64,000 bases of DNA, from assembly GCA_051648365.1 (NCBI GenBank), contig JBOFEZ010000139.1, positions 759-64,758 of the forward strand, read 5' to 3'. Under the pieces are notes generated by a model. The model ran no database searches, had not been told where the DNA came from, and worked only from the letters and a program-made list of their open reading frames with translations. Numbering within the stretch: position 1 is the stretch's first letter; the number at the start of each line of letters is the position of its first letter. Shown here piece by piece: positions 49,157 to 57,317 of the stretch. A program made the position numbers and the translations under genes. This DNA is from Fusobacteriaceae bacterium. GTDB lineage: Bacteria > Fusobacteriota > Fusobacteriia > Fusobacteriales > Fusobacteriaceae.

Positions 49157-50068
49157 TTAGAACTTATACGTAACTGCAAAAAAGTGAGAAAATCCTGTAG
49201 ACTCTACTTTTTTTCCATTCCACGGAATTTCTGCTCCGTCTTTTCCATTTATCATATTTTTAGTATATTTTAATCCATATCCTAAAGCATAGTTATCTGA
49301 ATGCCAGTAAAATCCGTTAAACCATTGAAACTCATCAGAAGTTCTGTGTTCATCTTTGTATGCTGCATCAAATTGATATGCCATATACCCCTGATATGCA
49401 AGAAATGTTCCATTCTCAAAGAAATAAAAAGGTTTAAACCAGTTATTTTTAACTAAATATCCGTCCCATTTTTCTTCTCTTTCAGAATCAAAATCTTCAG
49501 CTACATAAAGTGCATAGGCATTTAACCCCATCGTTCCTAACCATGGAACCTCTATATCAGTTCCAAGTCCAAGTCCATTTATCCAAAGATCTGATTCTCC
49601 CGCCTTAAGGTATCCAGCTAAATAAACTTCTTTAACAGGTCCTAAAGATAAATCTGCATTAAACATTTCGTTCATTGATAATCTAGGCATTAATTCTGCA
49701 AAGAAATTAGTATTTCCTGCTTTCTCTGATTTTACGTTGAAATCAGAAAATTCTTCATTATGAACTACATCTGAAAAATCTATATATCCATAAAAATCGA
49801 AAGCTCCTTTTCTTCCTCCAATCTCTATTTCTAAATAAGTGTCATTTGCTTTTGGACCAAGTGCTGTCATTCCGTTTCCATGCATTAAATTGAAATTTAC
49901 AAATTTAAAATCTCTTGAAATTGGAGTTTCCGCTGTTACTTCAATTTTTTCCTCTGCAACAATAACTATCGGCTCTATCGCTACTGTTGGAGCTACTACT
50001 ATCTCTTTTGCAATTGCTACCGAACTTATTACTACAAGTGTTGCAAGCATTAAACTTAATTTTTTCAT
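49157..50068 (-). CDS. tsx: nucleoside-specific outer-membrane channel, Tsx family
   Basis: 303 aa. Signal peptide ending VAIA. FKFVNFNLMHGNG, YLEIEIGGRKGAFDFYGYIDF and C-terminal FFAVTYKF (terminal Phe) match Tsx-type small beta-barrels. SD ggggga. Confidence 0.8.
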   Translation of the reverse strand: MKKLSLMLATLVVISSVAIAKEIVVAPTVAIEPIVIVAEEKIEVTAETPISRDFKFVNFNLMHGNGMTALGPKANDTYLEIEIGGRKGAFDFYGYIDFSDVVHNEEFSDFNVKSEKAGNTNFFAELMPRLSMNEMFNADLSLGPVKEVYLAGYLKAGESDLWINGLGLGTDIEVPWLGTMGLNAYALYVAEDFDSEREEKWDGYLVKNNWFKPFYFFENGTFLAYQGYMAYQFDAAYKDEHRTSDEFQWFNGFYWHSDNYALGYGLKYTKNMINGKDGAEIPWNGKKVESTGFSHFFAVTYKF

Positions 50069-50091
50069 TTTTCCCCCAAATTAAATTATTT

Positions 50092-50125
50092 TTATAAAAG
50101 AAAAGGTCTATGCAGAGCATAGACC
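50092..50125 (-). terminator. riboswitch expression-platform terminator in the tsx leader
   Basis: Minus strand reads GGUCUAUGC-ucu-GCAUAGACC followed by UUUUCUUUU. It ends about 24 nt before the tsx SD. Confidence 0.8.
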
Positions 50126-50160
50126 AATTTAAATAAAACTTTTACAGTTAATATAAATTA

Positions 50161-50225
50161 GTCCATAGAGAATCATTCATGGTGATTCGTAGAAACGTTC
50201 CTCCTTATTAGGAACATATATGGAT
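50161..50225 (-). ncRNA. purine riboswitch aptamer (guanine/hypoxanthine class, C at the specificity position)
   Basis: Minus strand reads UCCAUA UAU GUUCCU AAUAAGG AGGAAC GUUUCUAC GAAUCA CCAUGAA UGAUUC UC UAUGGA. P1/P2/P3 all form. J2/3 GUUUCUAC is identical to the consensus. L2 ends in GG and L3 starts with CC (kissing pairs). It aligns column for column with the B. subtilis xpt aptamer as I recall it. Confidence 0.85.
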
Positions 50226-50239
50226 TTTCTTTTTTGTTT

Positions 50240-50268
50240 ATTATATAGGTTATTATTTTTATTGTCAA
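50240..50268 (-). promoter_or_regulatory. consensus sigma70 promoter of the riboswitch-tsx transcript
   Basis: Minus strand reads TTGACA-17 nt-TATAAT (perfect hexamers). The predicted TSS is about 7 nt before the aptamer P1. Confidence 0.7.
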
Positions 50269-50502
50269 TAGACTAAATCTATTTTTTAAATTTTCTGAAA
50301 TAAAAAATATAAAAATTTATAAAATTTGGTATAATATATTATCTAATTTTTTTATTTAAAGGTGATAAAATGGCATGGTAGTTTTTAATTAAAAATAATC
50401 TAATTCACGAAAAAAAAATCGATATTACTTAAGAGTCAGCTATTTTTACTGTAATTTTGAGCTGAGTAAAAAATAAACTTATTTGAATATGAACTCAATG
50501 AT

Positions 50503-50541
50503 AAAAAAAGTGGCAGGAATAAAATTCCCGCCACTTTTTTT
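50503..50541. terminator. bidirectional-shaped intrinsic terminator after the copZ-like gene
   Basis: A7 - gtggcaggaat/attcccgccac (one mismatch) - T7. The T-run overlaps the copZ stop codon. Confidence 0.8.
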
Positions 50542-50752
50542 ACTCTCCATGAATAGAAATCAAATCAAAATCCTCATCCGTAAGAAGTTGTGCTACTTTT
50601 TTCTCGTCAAACTTCTCATTTATTACAACTACTGCCTTTCCAACTTCCACTGAGATTATTTCTGTAATTCCTTCATAATCTCCAAGAACCTCTTTAACTA
50701 AATTTACGCACTTCATACATCCCATTCCACCAATTTCAATGACTTTTTTCAT
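50540..50752 (-). CDS. heavy-metal-associated (HMA) domain metallochaperone, CopZ-like
   Basis: MKKVIEIGGMGCMKCVNLVKEVL contains the MxCxxC metal-binding loop in a ferredoxin-like roughly 70-aa protein. Start at ATG 50752 after aaggag. The track's GTG start lies inside that SD. Confidence 0.8.
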   Translation of the reverse strand: MKKVIEIGGMGCMKCVNLVKEVLGDYEGITEIISVEVGKAVVVINEKFDEKKVAQLLTDEDFDLISIHGE

Positions 50753-50764
50753 ACTCACTCCTTT

Positions 50765-50782
50765 TTTGAACGATTATTCAAA
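50765..50782. promoter_or_regulatory. inverted repeat TTTGAA-N6-TTCAAA upstream of copZ-like gene (candidate metalloregulator operator)
   Basis: TTTGAACGATTATTCAAA sits immediately 5' of the copZ SD. The core TGAAC..TATTCA resembles the ArsR/SmtB-type 12-2-12 operator half-sites as I recall them. Confidence 0.35.
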
Positions 50783-50789
50783 TTTTCTA

Positions 50790-50818
50790 TTGACTATTTT
50801 GTTTAACAGTTATATAAT
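50790..50818 (+). promoter_or_regulatory. consensus sigma70 promoter of the YeiH-family gene
   Basis: TTGACT-17 nt-TATAAT, 32 nt upstream of the ATG at 50851. Confidence 0.65.
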
Positions 50819-50850
50819 AATATGTAAAAAAAATAATTAGGTGGTGCTCT

Positions 50851-51867
50851 ATGATAACTTTACACGAACTTCTTCCCGGTGCCTCAGTATCTGTGGCTAT
50901 TTATATTCTTGCAACTCTTATCGATAAAAAAATCCCTGGATTAGGTGCTGCATCCTATGCAATTTTGATCGGTCTTGTTCTTGGAAACACTCTTTTCAAA
51001 GATAGAAAATACGAAAAAGGAACCAAGTTTTGCGAGTCAAAACTTCTTGAATATTCTATTGTTCTTTTAGGTTCGACTCTCACTTTTAAAACTATTTTAG
51101 ATTTAGGTATCAAAGGCGTAAGTTTTATTCTTATAACAATGACTTTAACAATTTCTTTTTCATATTTTATTTCTAGAAAATTTGGTTTTTCTAAAAACTT
51201 TAGTTTGCTTATGGGAGCTGGAAACGCTATATGTGGATCTTCAGCAATCGCTTCTTCTGCCAATGTATTGGAAACCAACTCTTCTGAAACAGGACTTGCA
51301 ATAACTATGGTCAATGTAACTGGAACCATACTTATGTTCCTCCTCCCCCTTACAGTTGTTCCACTTTTTTTTGCAGGAAACACTCTTGAAAGTTCGGCTC
51401 TTATTGGAGGAATTCTTCAATCTGTAGGACAGGTTGTAGGAGGTGCGGCAATGATTAGCCCTGAAGTTGTAAAATTTGCCACAATTTTTAAAATTTTTAG
51501 AATAATTATGCTTACTTTTGTCCTTTTGGCTTTTTCACATCTGAAACAAAAATCTTGTGTCCAAGATCCTATGGTAAAAGATGTTGAAAAAATCGAGAAA
51601 AAGAAAATAAAAATAAATGTCCCTTGGTATATAATAGGATTCTTTATGATGTGTGTCATAGCTTCTTTTGGATTATTTCCTCAAAAATTGGTATCTTATT
51701 TCAAAATGTTCAGTAAGTTTTTTGAAATAACTGCTCTAGCAGCTATCGGTCTTAGGGTTAAATACGAAACAATTAAAAAAGAAGGAGCTAAATCACTTTT
51801 AGCAGGATCTACTATTGGAGTTTTTCAGATAATATCTGCAGTAATTCTTATAAAGTTAATATTCTAA
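50851..51867 (+). CDS. YeiH/UPF0324 family putative sulfate exporter
   Basis: 338 aa, about 10 TM segments. GAGNAICGSSAIASSA motif characteristic of YeiH-family proteins. Confidence 0.8.
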   Translation: MITLHELLPGASVSVAIYILATLIDKKIPGLGAASYAILIGLVLGNTLFKDRKYEKGTKFCESKLLEYSIVLLGSTLTFKTILDLGIKGVSFILITMTLTISFSYFISRKFGFSKNFSLLMGAGNAICGSSAIASSANVLETNSSETGLAITMVNVTGTILMFLLPLTVVPLFFAGNTLESSALIGGILQSVGQVVGGAAMISPEVVKFATIFKIFRIIMLTFVLLAFSHLKQKSCVQDPMVKDVEKIEKKKIKINVPWYIIGFFMMCVIASFGLFPQKLVSYFKMFSKFFEITALAAIGLRVKYETIKKEGAKSLLAGSTIGVFQIISAVILIKLIF

Positions 51868-52928
51868 TATTTTTCATGCTCTTCTATGGACTTAAGTCTC
51901 TTAAGTCCATTTTTTATTGCTTTAATTTTAAATTTGCTCATACCTTTTATTTCTGAAAGCTCATCCTCTGAAGCATTATGGAGTGCTGAAAGATCTTCGT
52001 AAATTGTTATTAATTTCTCAATATCCCTTTTATTCAATTTAGAGATTTTACTTAAAATTCTATATCCTTTGGGACTTACTCTGTTTTCAAGACTGCTATG
52101 TGTTTTTCGATATCCAAGTATCTGTGAAAATCTTTCCAGTTCTAAAAGTTCTATGTCTGTAAGTTTTTCAAGTTCTTGATTTATAATAGTTATATCTAGA
52201 TCCTGTTTTTCAGAGTCGTAATAATCCTTTATAAAATTAGCCTTTTCATCCTTAAGATTAAAAAGCAGTTCTTGCATCTGCAGATTTATAAGTCTTCCCT
52301 CAGTTCCAAGTTCTGCCACATATCCTGCCAACTCACGTTTTATACGATATATCATCTCAAACCTCTGAATAACTGAAGCCACCTCATTTACAGTTACAAA
52401 ATCTTCAAGTTCTAAAAGAGTAAGATTGGCAAGCTCTCTATCTAGAACATTTCTATATTTTTCGAGAGTTTTCAAAGCCTGGCCCGCCTGTTCTACGACC
52501 ACTGATATATTTTTTAATCTATACTTAAATTCTCCTTTGTATAGAGTTACAGATTTTTTTCTCTCTGAAATTGCTATTACAAGTTTATTAGTCTGTGATG
52601 CCATTCTTTCAGCTGTTCTGTGACGAGTTCCACTCTCGGTAGTCTTAAATGTTCTATCCGGATGGAGATGGACATTAGCATAGTATATTTTCTCGGCATT
52701 ATCATCTAAAATTATAGCTCCATCCATTTTTGACAATTCAAAAAATTTCTCTGGAGTATATTTACAATCTATAAGAAAGCCTCCATCAATCATTTTTTTT
52801 ATCTCTTCATTAAACCCTACAACTATAAGTGCTCCTCTTCCAGCTTCAAGAATATATGCAATTCCTTCTCTTAAAAGAGTGCCTGGTGTAACTAATGATA
52901 TCAATTCTAATACTTCTTTACTATTCAT
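51864..52928 (-). CDS. disA: DNA integrity scanning protein DisA (diadenylate cyclase)
   Basis: DAC domain (GALIVVG, DGAIILD, GTRHRTAERMA) plus a C-terminal HhH. ATG 52928 overlaps the radA stop in ATGAATAG. The track's GTG 52940 is a possible alternative start. Confidence 0.9.
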   Translation of the reverse strand: MNSKEVLELISLVTPGTLLREGIAYILEAGRGALIVVGFNEEIKKMIDGGFLIDCKYTPEKFFELSKMDGAIILDDNAEKIYYANVHLHPDRTFKTTESGTRHRTAERMASQTNKLVIAISERKKSVTLYKGEFKYRLKNISVVVEQAGQALKTLEKYRNVLDRELANLTLLELEDFVTVNEVASVIQRFEMIYRIKRELAGYVAELGTEGRLINLQMQELLFNLKDEKANFIKDYYDSEKQDLDITIINQELEKLTDIELLELERFSQILGYRKTHSSLENRVSPKGYRILSKISKLNKRDIEKLITIYEDLSALHNASEDELSEIKGMSKFKIKAIKNGLKRLKSIEEHEKY

Positions 52929-54309
52929 CTTTTCCACCACCCATCCTATCCAGAACTTCTTCTAAATTATTCAAAAAGATTAATTTTAGTTTATATTTAT
53001 TTTTTTCAATCTCTTTCTTATTGGCACTAGGAACATATACACCTTTGAATCCCAATTTTTCAAGTTCTCTTAATCTTCTTTCTATAAAAAAAACTTTTCT
53101 TATTTCTCCACGTAGTCCTAATTCTCCTATGGCTGCGATTTTCTGACTCACAGCTATTCCTCTGTAAGTCGAAAGAAGAGAGATAAGAACTCCCAAATCT
53201 GCAGCTGGATCTTTCATAACTATTCCTCCTGGAACATTTATAAATATATCTTTTCCACCTATAGCCATTCCCATTCTTTTTTCTCCTATGGCTGTAAGAA
53301 TCTGTATTCTGTTCTTATCATAACCTTGAACTATACGTTTAGGAATTCCTATACTCATATCTGTAAGAAGTGACTGAACTTCTAAAAGAAATACCTTACT
53401 CCCCTCAAGCACAGGAACCACTATGCTTCCTATGTTTTTTTCTTCTCTCTCACTCAGAAAAAATTCTGAAGAGTTTTTTACCTCTCGCATTCCATCTTCT
53501 TCCATGCTAAATACAGCCAGTTCATTTGTAGAGCCAAATCTGTTTTTACTACTACGGAGAATTCTATAAAAAAGCCCCTCTTCACCTTCAAAGCTAAATA
53601 CAGCATCCACCATATGTTCTAAAAGTTTAGGTCCTGCTAATTTACCATCTTTAGTTATATGCCCTACAATAAAAAATGAGATATTATGCATTTTGGCCAA
53701 TTCCACTATTTTAAGAGTGCATTCTCTTATCTGTGTCGGGGTTCCTGCTAAAGAATCGTATGTTCCATTATAAATAGTTTGAATAGAGTCTATCACTACT
53801 ACTTTAGGTTTCTTTAAAATAATATATTCATATATTGCATTAATTTCTGTTTCAGACATAAAATAAAGATTTTTATTTTTGATTCCCAGTCTTTCACCAC
53901 GATTTTTTACCTGGGTAGGAGATTCTTCTCCCGATATATATAATGCATCTCCATATTGAGTATACTGATCTATTATCTGAAGAAGAAGAGTTGATTTCCC
54001 TATTCCTGGACTACCAGTAATTAAGACTACTTCTCCAGTTACAAGACCTCCTCCAAGGAGTCTATCAAACTCTCCGATATCTGTCTTATATCTGAAGTTT
54101 TCTTCCACAGTTATTTCTTCAAAAGCAAAAACTTTCTTACTGCTTTCCTGAGAAGCTCCCAACTTTTTATTTATGTTTACGGCTCCAGCCGGAACTTCTA
54201 TCTCCTCTTCAAAACTCCCCCATTCTCCACATTGAGGACATTTTCCTATCCATTTTGCAGTTTTATATCCACATTCATTACAGATGTAAAAGCTTTTACT
54301 TTTTGCCAT
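52921..54309 (-). CDS. radA: DNA repair protein RadA/Sms
   Basis: 462 aa. Zinc finger CNECGYKTAKWIGKCPQCGEW, Walker A GSPGIGKST, KNRFG motif and a Lon-like C-terminus. Confidence 0.95.
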   Translation of the reverse strand: MAKSKSFYICNECGYKTAKWIGKCPQCGEWGSFEEEIEVPAGAVNINKKLGASQESSKKVFAFEEITVEENFRYKTDIGEFDRLLGGGLVTGEVVLITGSPGIGKSTLLLQIIDQYTQYGDALYISGEESPTQVKNRGERLGIKNKNLYFMSETEINAIYEYIILKKPKVVVIDSIQTIYNGTYDSLAGTPTQIRECTLKIVELAKMHNISFFIVGHITKDGKLAGPKLLEHMVDAVFSFEGEEGLFYRILRSSKNRFGSTNELAVFSMEEDGMREVKNSSEFFLSEREEKNIGSIVVPVLEGSKVFLLEVQSLLTDMSIGIPKRIVQGYDKNRIQILTAIGEKRMGMAIGGKDIFINVPGGIVMKDPAADLGVLISLLSTYRGIAVSQKIAAIGELGLRGEIRKVFFIERRLRELEKLGFKGVYVPSANKKEIEKNKYKLKLIFLNNLEEVLDRMGGGKDE

Positions 54310-54311
54310 AA

Positions 54312-54806
54312 CTATCTACTTCCTTGAGTTTTAATTTTATCTCTTATTTTCATCTCTACATCTTCGTTGATATAATCTGAAAGTTTTCCTTCGTAATTAG
54401 CTATTTCTCTCACCACTGAAGAGCTTAGGTACATATACTGCTTGGAGGCAGGTATAAATATTGTTTCAGCTTTTCCTTTTGATATATCACCATTAGCAAA
54501 AGCTATTGTCAGTTCGTATTCATAATCAGAGACTGCTCTTAATCCTCTAATTATAAATTCTATTTTATTTTCCTTCATAAAATCCGTGAGAAGTCCCTGA
54601 AAATTTTTCACCTCTATGTTTTCTAAATCTCTTAAAGAGTTGATAACCATAGCCGTCCTTTCTTCAAGAGAAAAAAGATAATTTTTATTAATATTATTCA
54701 GTACAGCAACTACTAATTTATCTGTCATTTTCGCTGCTCTCCTGATTATATCTTCATGCCCTTTTGTAATAGGATCAAAACTTCCAGAATAAACTGCTAT
54801 TTTCAT
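54312..54806 (-). CDS. coaD: pantetheine-phosphate adenylyltransferase
   Basis: 164 aa. AVYSGSFDPITKGHEDII (T/HxGH) and ISSSVVRE motifs. Confidence 0.95.
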   Translation of the reverse strand: MKIAVYSGSFDPITKGHEDIIRRAAKMTDKLVVAVLNNINKNYLFSLEERTAMVINSLRDLENIEVKNFQGLLTDFMKENKIEFIIRGLRAVSDYEYELTIAFANGDISKGKAETIFIPASKQYMYLSSSVVREIANYEGKLSDYINEDVEMKIRDKIKTQGSR

Positions 54807-54819
54807 TCGTCTACCTCTT

Positions 54820-56295
54820 CTATTTTATAAGAATAATTTCATACCATTTTGAAATATCTCTATCTCTTATTTCTTCTAAAAGCACTATTTTTTTCCTTTT
54901 TTCTCCATAAGCTTTTATAAAATCTAAATATTCTTCTCTAATTTTTTTACAGAGTTCTTTCTCTGCAAATATTTTAATTCCAGAAAAATCATTATCTTTC
55001 ATCACTATTCTTATTTCTCTCAATATATCTTCTACGAGTGCTTCTTGAGATTTTATCTTTCCATTTCCATTACACATAGGGCAGTTATCATAATAATAGT
55101 AACTTAGAGGATTTCCAGTTCTTTTTCTAGTCATTTCTATAAGATTTAAATCTGTAAAGTGAATTATACTATTTTTTATTCTATCGATTTTCAAAGAATT
55201 TTCAAATTCATTTAAAAGAAGATTTTTATTCTCTTCCTCTTTCATATCTATAAAATCTATTATTATTATACCACCTATATTACGGAGCATGAGCTGTCTC
55301 GGTATCTCTTTCGCAGCCTCTAAATTAGTTTTCAGTGTCGTATTTTCTAATCCTATTTTAAGAGCATCTCTTCCTATATTTTTTCCAGTATTTACATCTA
55401 TAGTTGTAAGTGCTTCGGTAGATTCAATTATCAGATAACCTCCACATTCAAGATAAACTATTTTCTCCAGAGCTTTCCCTATCTCCTCTGTTATGTTGTA
55501 TCTATCAAAAACATCTTCATAATCATCATAAAGCTTTATTTTTTTTCCGCTTCCCTGATCTCCGAAAGCATCCACGTAATTAAGAATATCTTGATACAGC
55601 TCTTCATCATTTACAATGAACTCATCTATATCTTCGCTAAAAACGTCTCTTACTATACGACTCACAAGGTCATTCTCACTATACAGCATATCTCCGACTT
55701 TGCTCGTTCTGACTTTATTTACAAGCTTTCCCCATCTTTTCAGGAGATATTCCATCTCTCTCTCCAGGTGAAAATTCGGTTTATCAGTAGCTGCAGTTCT
55801 TATTATAACTCCAAAATTATCAGGTTTAAGCTTTGAAATCATTTTTTCAAGTCTTTCCCTTTCCTCAATATTTTCTATTTTTTTAGAAATAGAAATCTGA
55901 TTTGTTCCAGGGACCAAAACCAAGAATTTCCCTGGAATCGTGCACTGAGTTGTTATTCTTGCACCTTTATTTCCAGTCGGTTCACTTACTGCTTGAACCA
56001 ATACTTCCTCTCCCACAGCGAAATATTTATCTATACTTTTTCTTTTTACATCACTGTTTTTTTCCTGCTGATATTCAGCCACGTTATCTATGTGCAAAAA
56101 GGCATTTTTTTCCATTCCGATATTTACAAAAGCAGCTTCCATTCCAGGTATTACATTGGAAATTTTCCCTTTGTATATATGTCCGTTACAGGCACTTTCG
56201 CCATCTCTTTCTACAAATATCTCCATTACCCGATTATTTTCTATTATCACTGCTTTACAGCCGAAAATATCCCTGTTCAAAACTATCCTTTTCAT
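54820..56295 (-). CDS. rng: Rne/Rng family ribonuclease (RNase G-like)
   Basis: 491 aa. S1 domain (GHIYKGKISNVIPGMEAAFVNIG), DNase I-like catalytic core (TTIDVNTG) and a CPxCxGxG zinc link. Confidence 0.85.
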   Translation of the reverse strand: MKRIVLNRDIFGCKAVIIENNRVMEIFVERDGESACNGHIYKGKISNVIPGMEAAFVNIGMEKNAFLHIDNVAEYQQEKNSDVKRKSIDKYFAVGEEVLVQAVSEPTGNKGARITTQCTIPGKFLVLVPGTNQISISKKIENIEERERLEKMISKLKPDNFGVIIRTAATDKPNFHLEREMEYLLKRWGKLVNKVRTSKVGDMLYSENDLVSRIVRDVFSEDIDEFIVNDEELYQDILNYVDAFGDQGSGKKIKLYDDYEDVFDRYNITEEIGKALEKIVYLECGGYLIIESTEALTTIDVNTGKNIGRDALKIGLENTTLKTNLEAAKEIPRQLMLRNIGGIIIIDFIDMKEEENKNLLLNEFENSLKIDRIKNSIIHFTDLNLIEMTRKRTGNPLSYYYYDNCPMCNGNGKIKSQEALVEDILREIRIVMKDNDFSGIKIFAEKELCKKIREEYLDFIKAYGEKRKKIVLLEEIRDRDISKWYEIILIK

Positions 56296-57317
56296 TTTAT
56301 TCCCCTTCGGAAAATTTCATCTCTCTTATATATTTTTCCATTTATAGATATTTCATTTTCATCTATTCCTGATTCTATTTTTAGATTAAGTTTCCCCTGT
56401 AATCTATTCCTATTTTTTCCTTTGTTTCCTATTATTTTAGATCTATTCTTCTCATTACATACAATTTCTAGTTTTTTCTCTTTTTCTAGAATCTCTTTGA
56501 AAAAATCATAATATATTTCTCCTTCCACAAGTTCTCTAAAGGCTGGATGAAATGGTCCTGCAACAATAACACCTTCTTCTCTTAAATCATCTGAAGGTTG
56601 AAGACCAACTCTTATTACATTTATGCCGTTCACTATAAATAAAGAATATATTTTTTTAGTTATATCTATTGCAGATTCTAAAGTAAGAGGAAGATACCTT
56701 CCCTCTCTATACATGTTCTCCATCTCAGTATCTTTCAAAACCAAAGATGGATATATTCTTATCATATCTGGTTTCATCTCTAGGGCCTTTTCAGCGGTAA
56801 AGTAATCTTTGTTATAATCACTTCCCGGAAGCCCTACCATAAGCTGAATACCTATCTGGATACCGTATGATTTTATTTTTTTAACCGCTTCTTCAACTGC
56901 TGACACTGGATAATTTCTTTCTGTAAGATCCAACACCTTCTGGTCTAAAGATTGAACCCCCAACTCTATTACTTTTACACCATTTTCTTTTAGCTGTGTA
57001 AGTATTTTATCATCTATACAATCTGGTCTTGTTGATAATCTGATTCCTTGAACTCTTCCCGAGTCCATATAACTTTTTACTACTTCCAAATATTTTTTTT
57101 GAAGTTCAAAAGAGATGCCTGTAAAAGTTCCACCAAAAAATGCCACCTCTATACTTGTATTTTTAGGAAGATAACCCAAATACTCATCTATTATCTCCTT
57201 TACCTCTTCAGGTGTGATATCTGTTTCTACGCCGTTAATTTTTTGCTGACTACAGAAAACACAAGAATTTGGGCATCCTACATGATTTATAAAAATAGGT
57301 ATATTATAATGCCTCAT
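56292..57317 (-). CDS. radical SAM protein (Elp3/HemN-like fold, function unassigned)
   Basis: 341 aa. CPNSCVFC (Cx3Cx2C) at aa 14-21. 4-nt overlap with rng and 14-nt overlap with rnc. Confidence 0.75.
   Translation of the reverse strand: MRHYNIPIFINHVGCPNSCVFCSQQKINGVETDITPEEVKEIIDEYLGYLPKNTSIEVAFFGGTFTGISFELQKKYLEVVKSYMDSGRVQGIRLSTRPDCIDDKILTQLKENGVKVIELGVQSLDQKVLDLTERNYPVSAVEEAVKKIKSYGIQIGIQLMVGLPGSDYNKDYFTAEKALEMKPDMIRIYPSLVLKDTEMENMYREGRYLPLTLESAIDITKKIYSLFIVNGINVIRVGLQPSDDLREEGVIVAGPFHPAFRELVEGEIYYDFFKEILEKEKKLEIVCNEKNRSKIIGNKGKNRNRLQGKLNLKIESGIDENEISINGKIYKRDEIFRRGIK

Noticed and set aside
50370-50381. Mini-ORF ATG GCA TGG TAG with an SD-like aaaggtga upstream. It could be a leader peptide.
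   Set aside because: Three codons in AT-rich DNA with no downstream gene on that strand. It cannot be supported from sequence alone and is mentioned only in the context of the sRNA candidate.
55902-56511. Three overlapping + strand ORFs (156, 172 and 85 aa) leave all three + frames open across about 56090..56347, antisense to the rng 5' end and the radical-SAM 3' end.
   Set aside because: The + strand here is pyrimidine-rich because the minus-strand genes are rich in purine-rich Lys/Glu/Gly codons, so stop codons are depleted by composition. The translations are low-complexity F/L/S/Y/I strings. None has an SD. The minus-strand genes have unmistakable family motifs.
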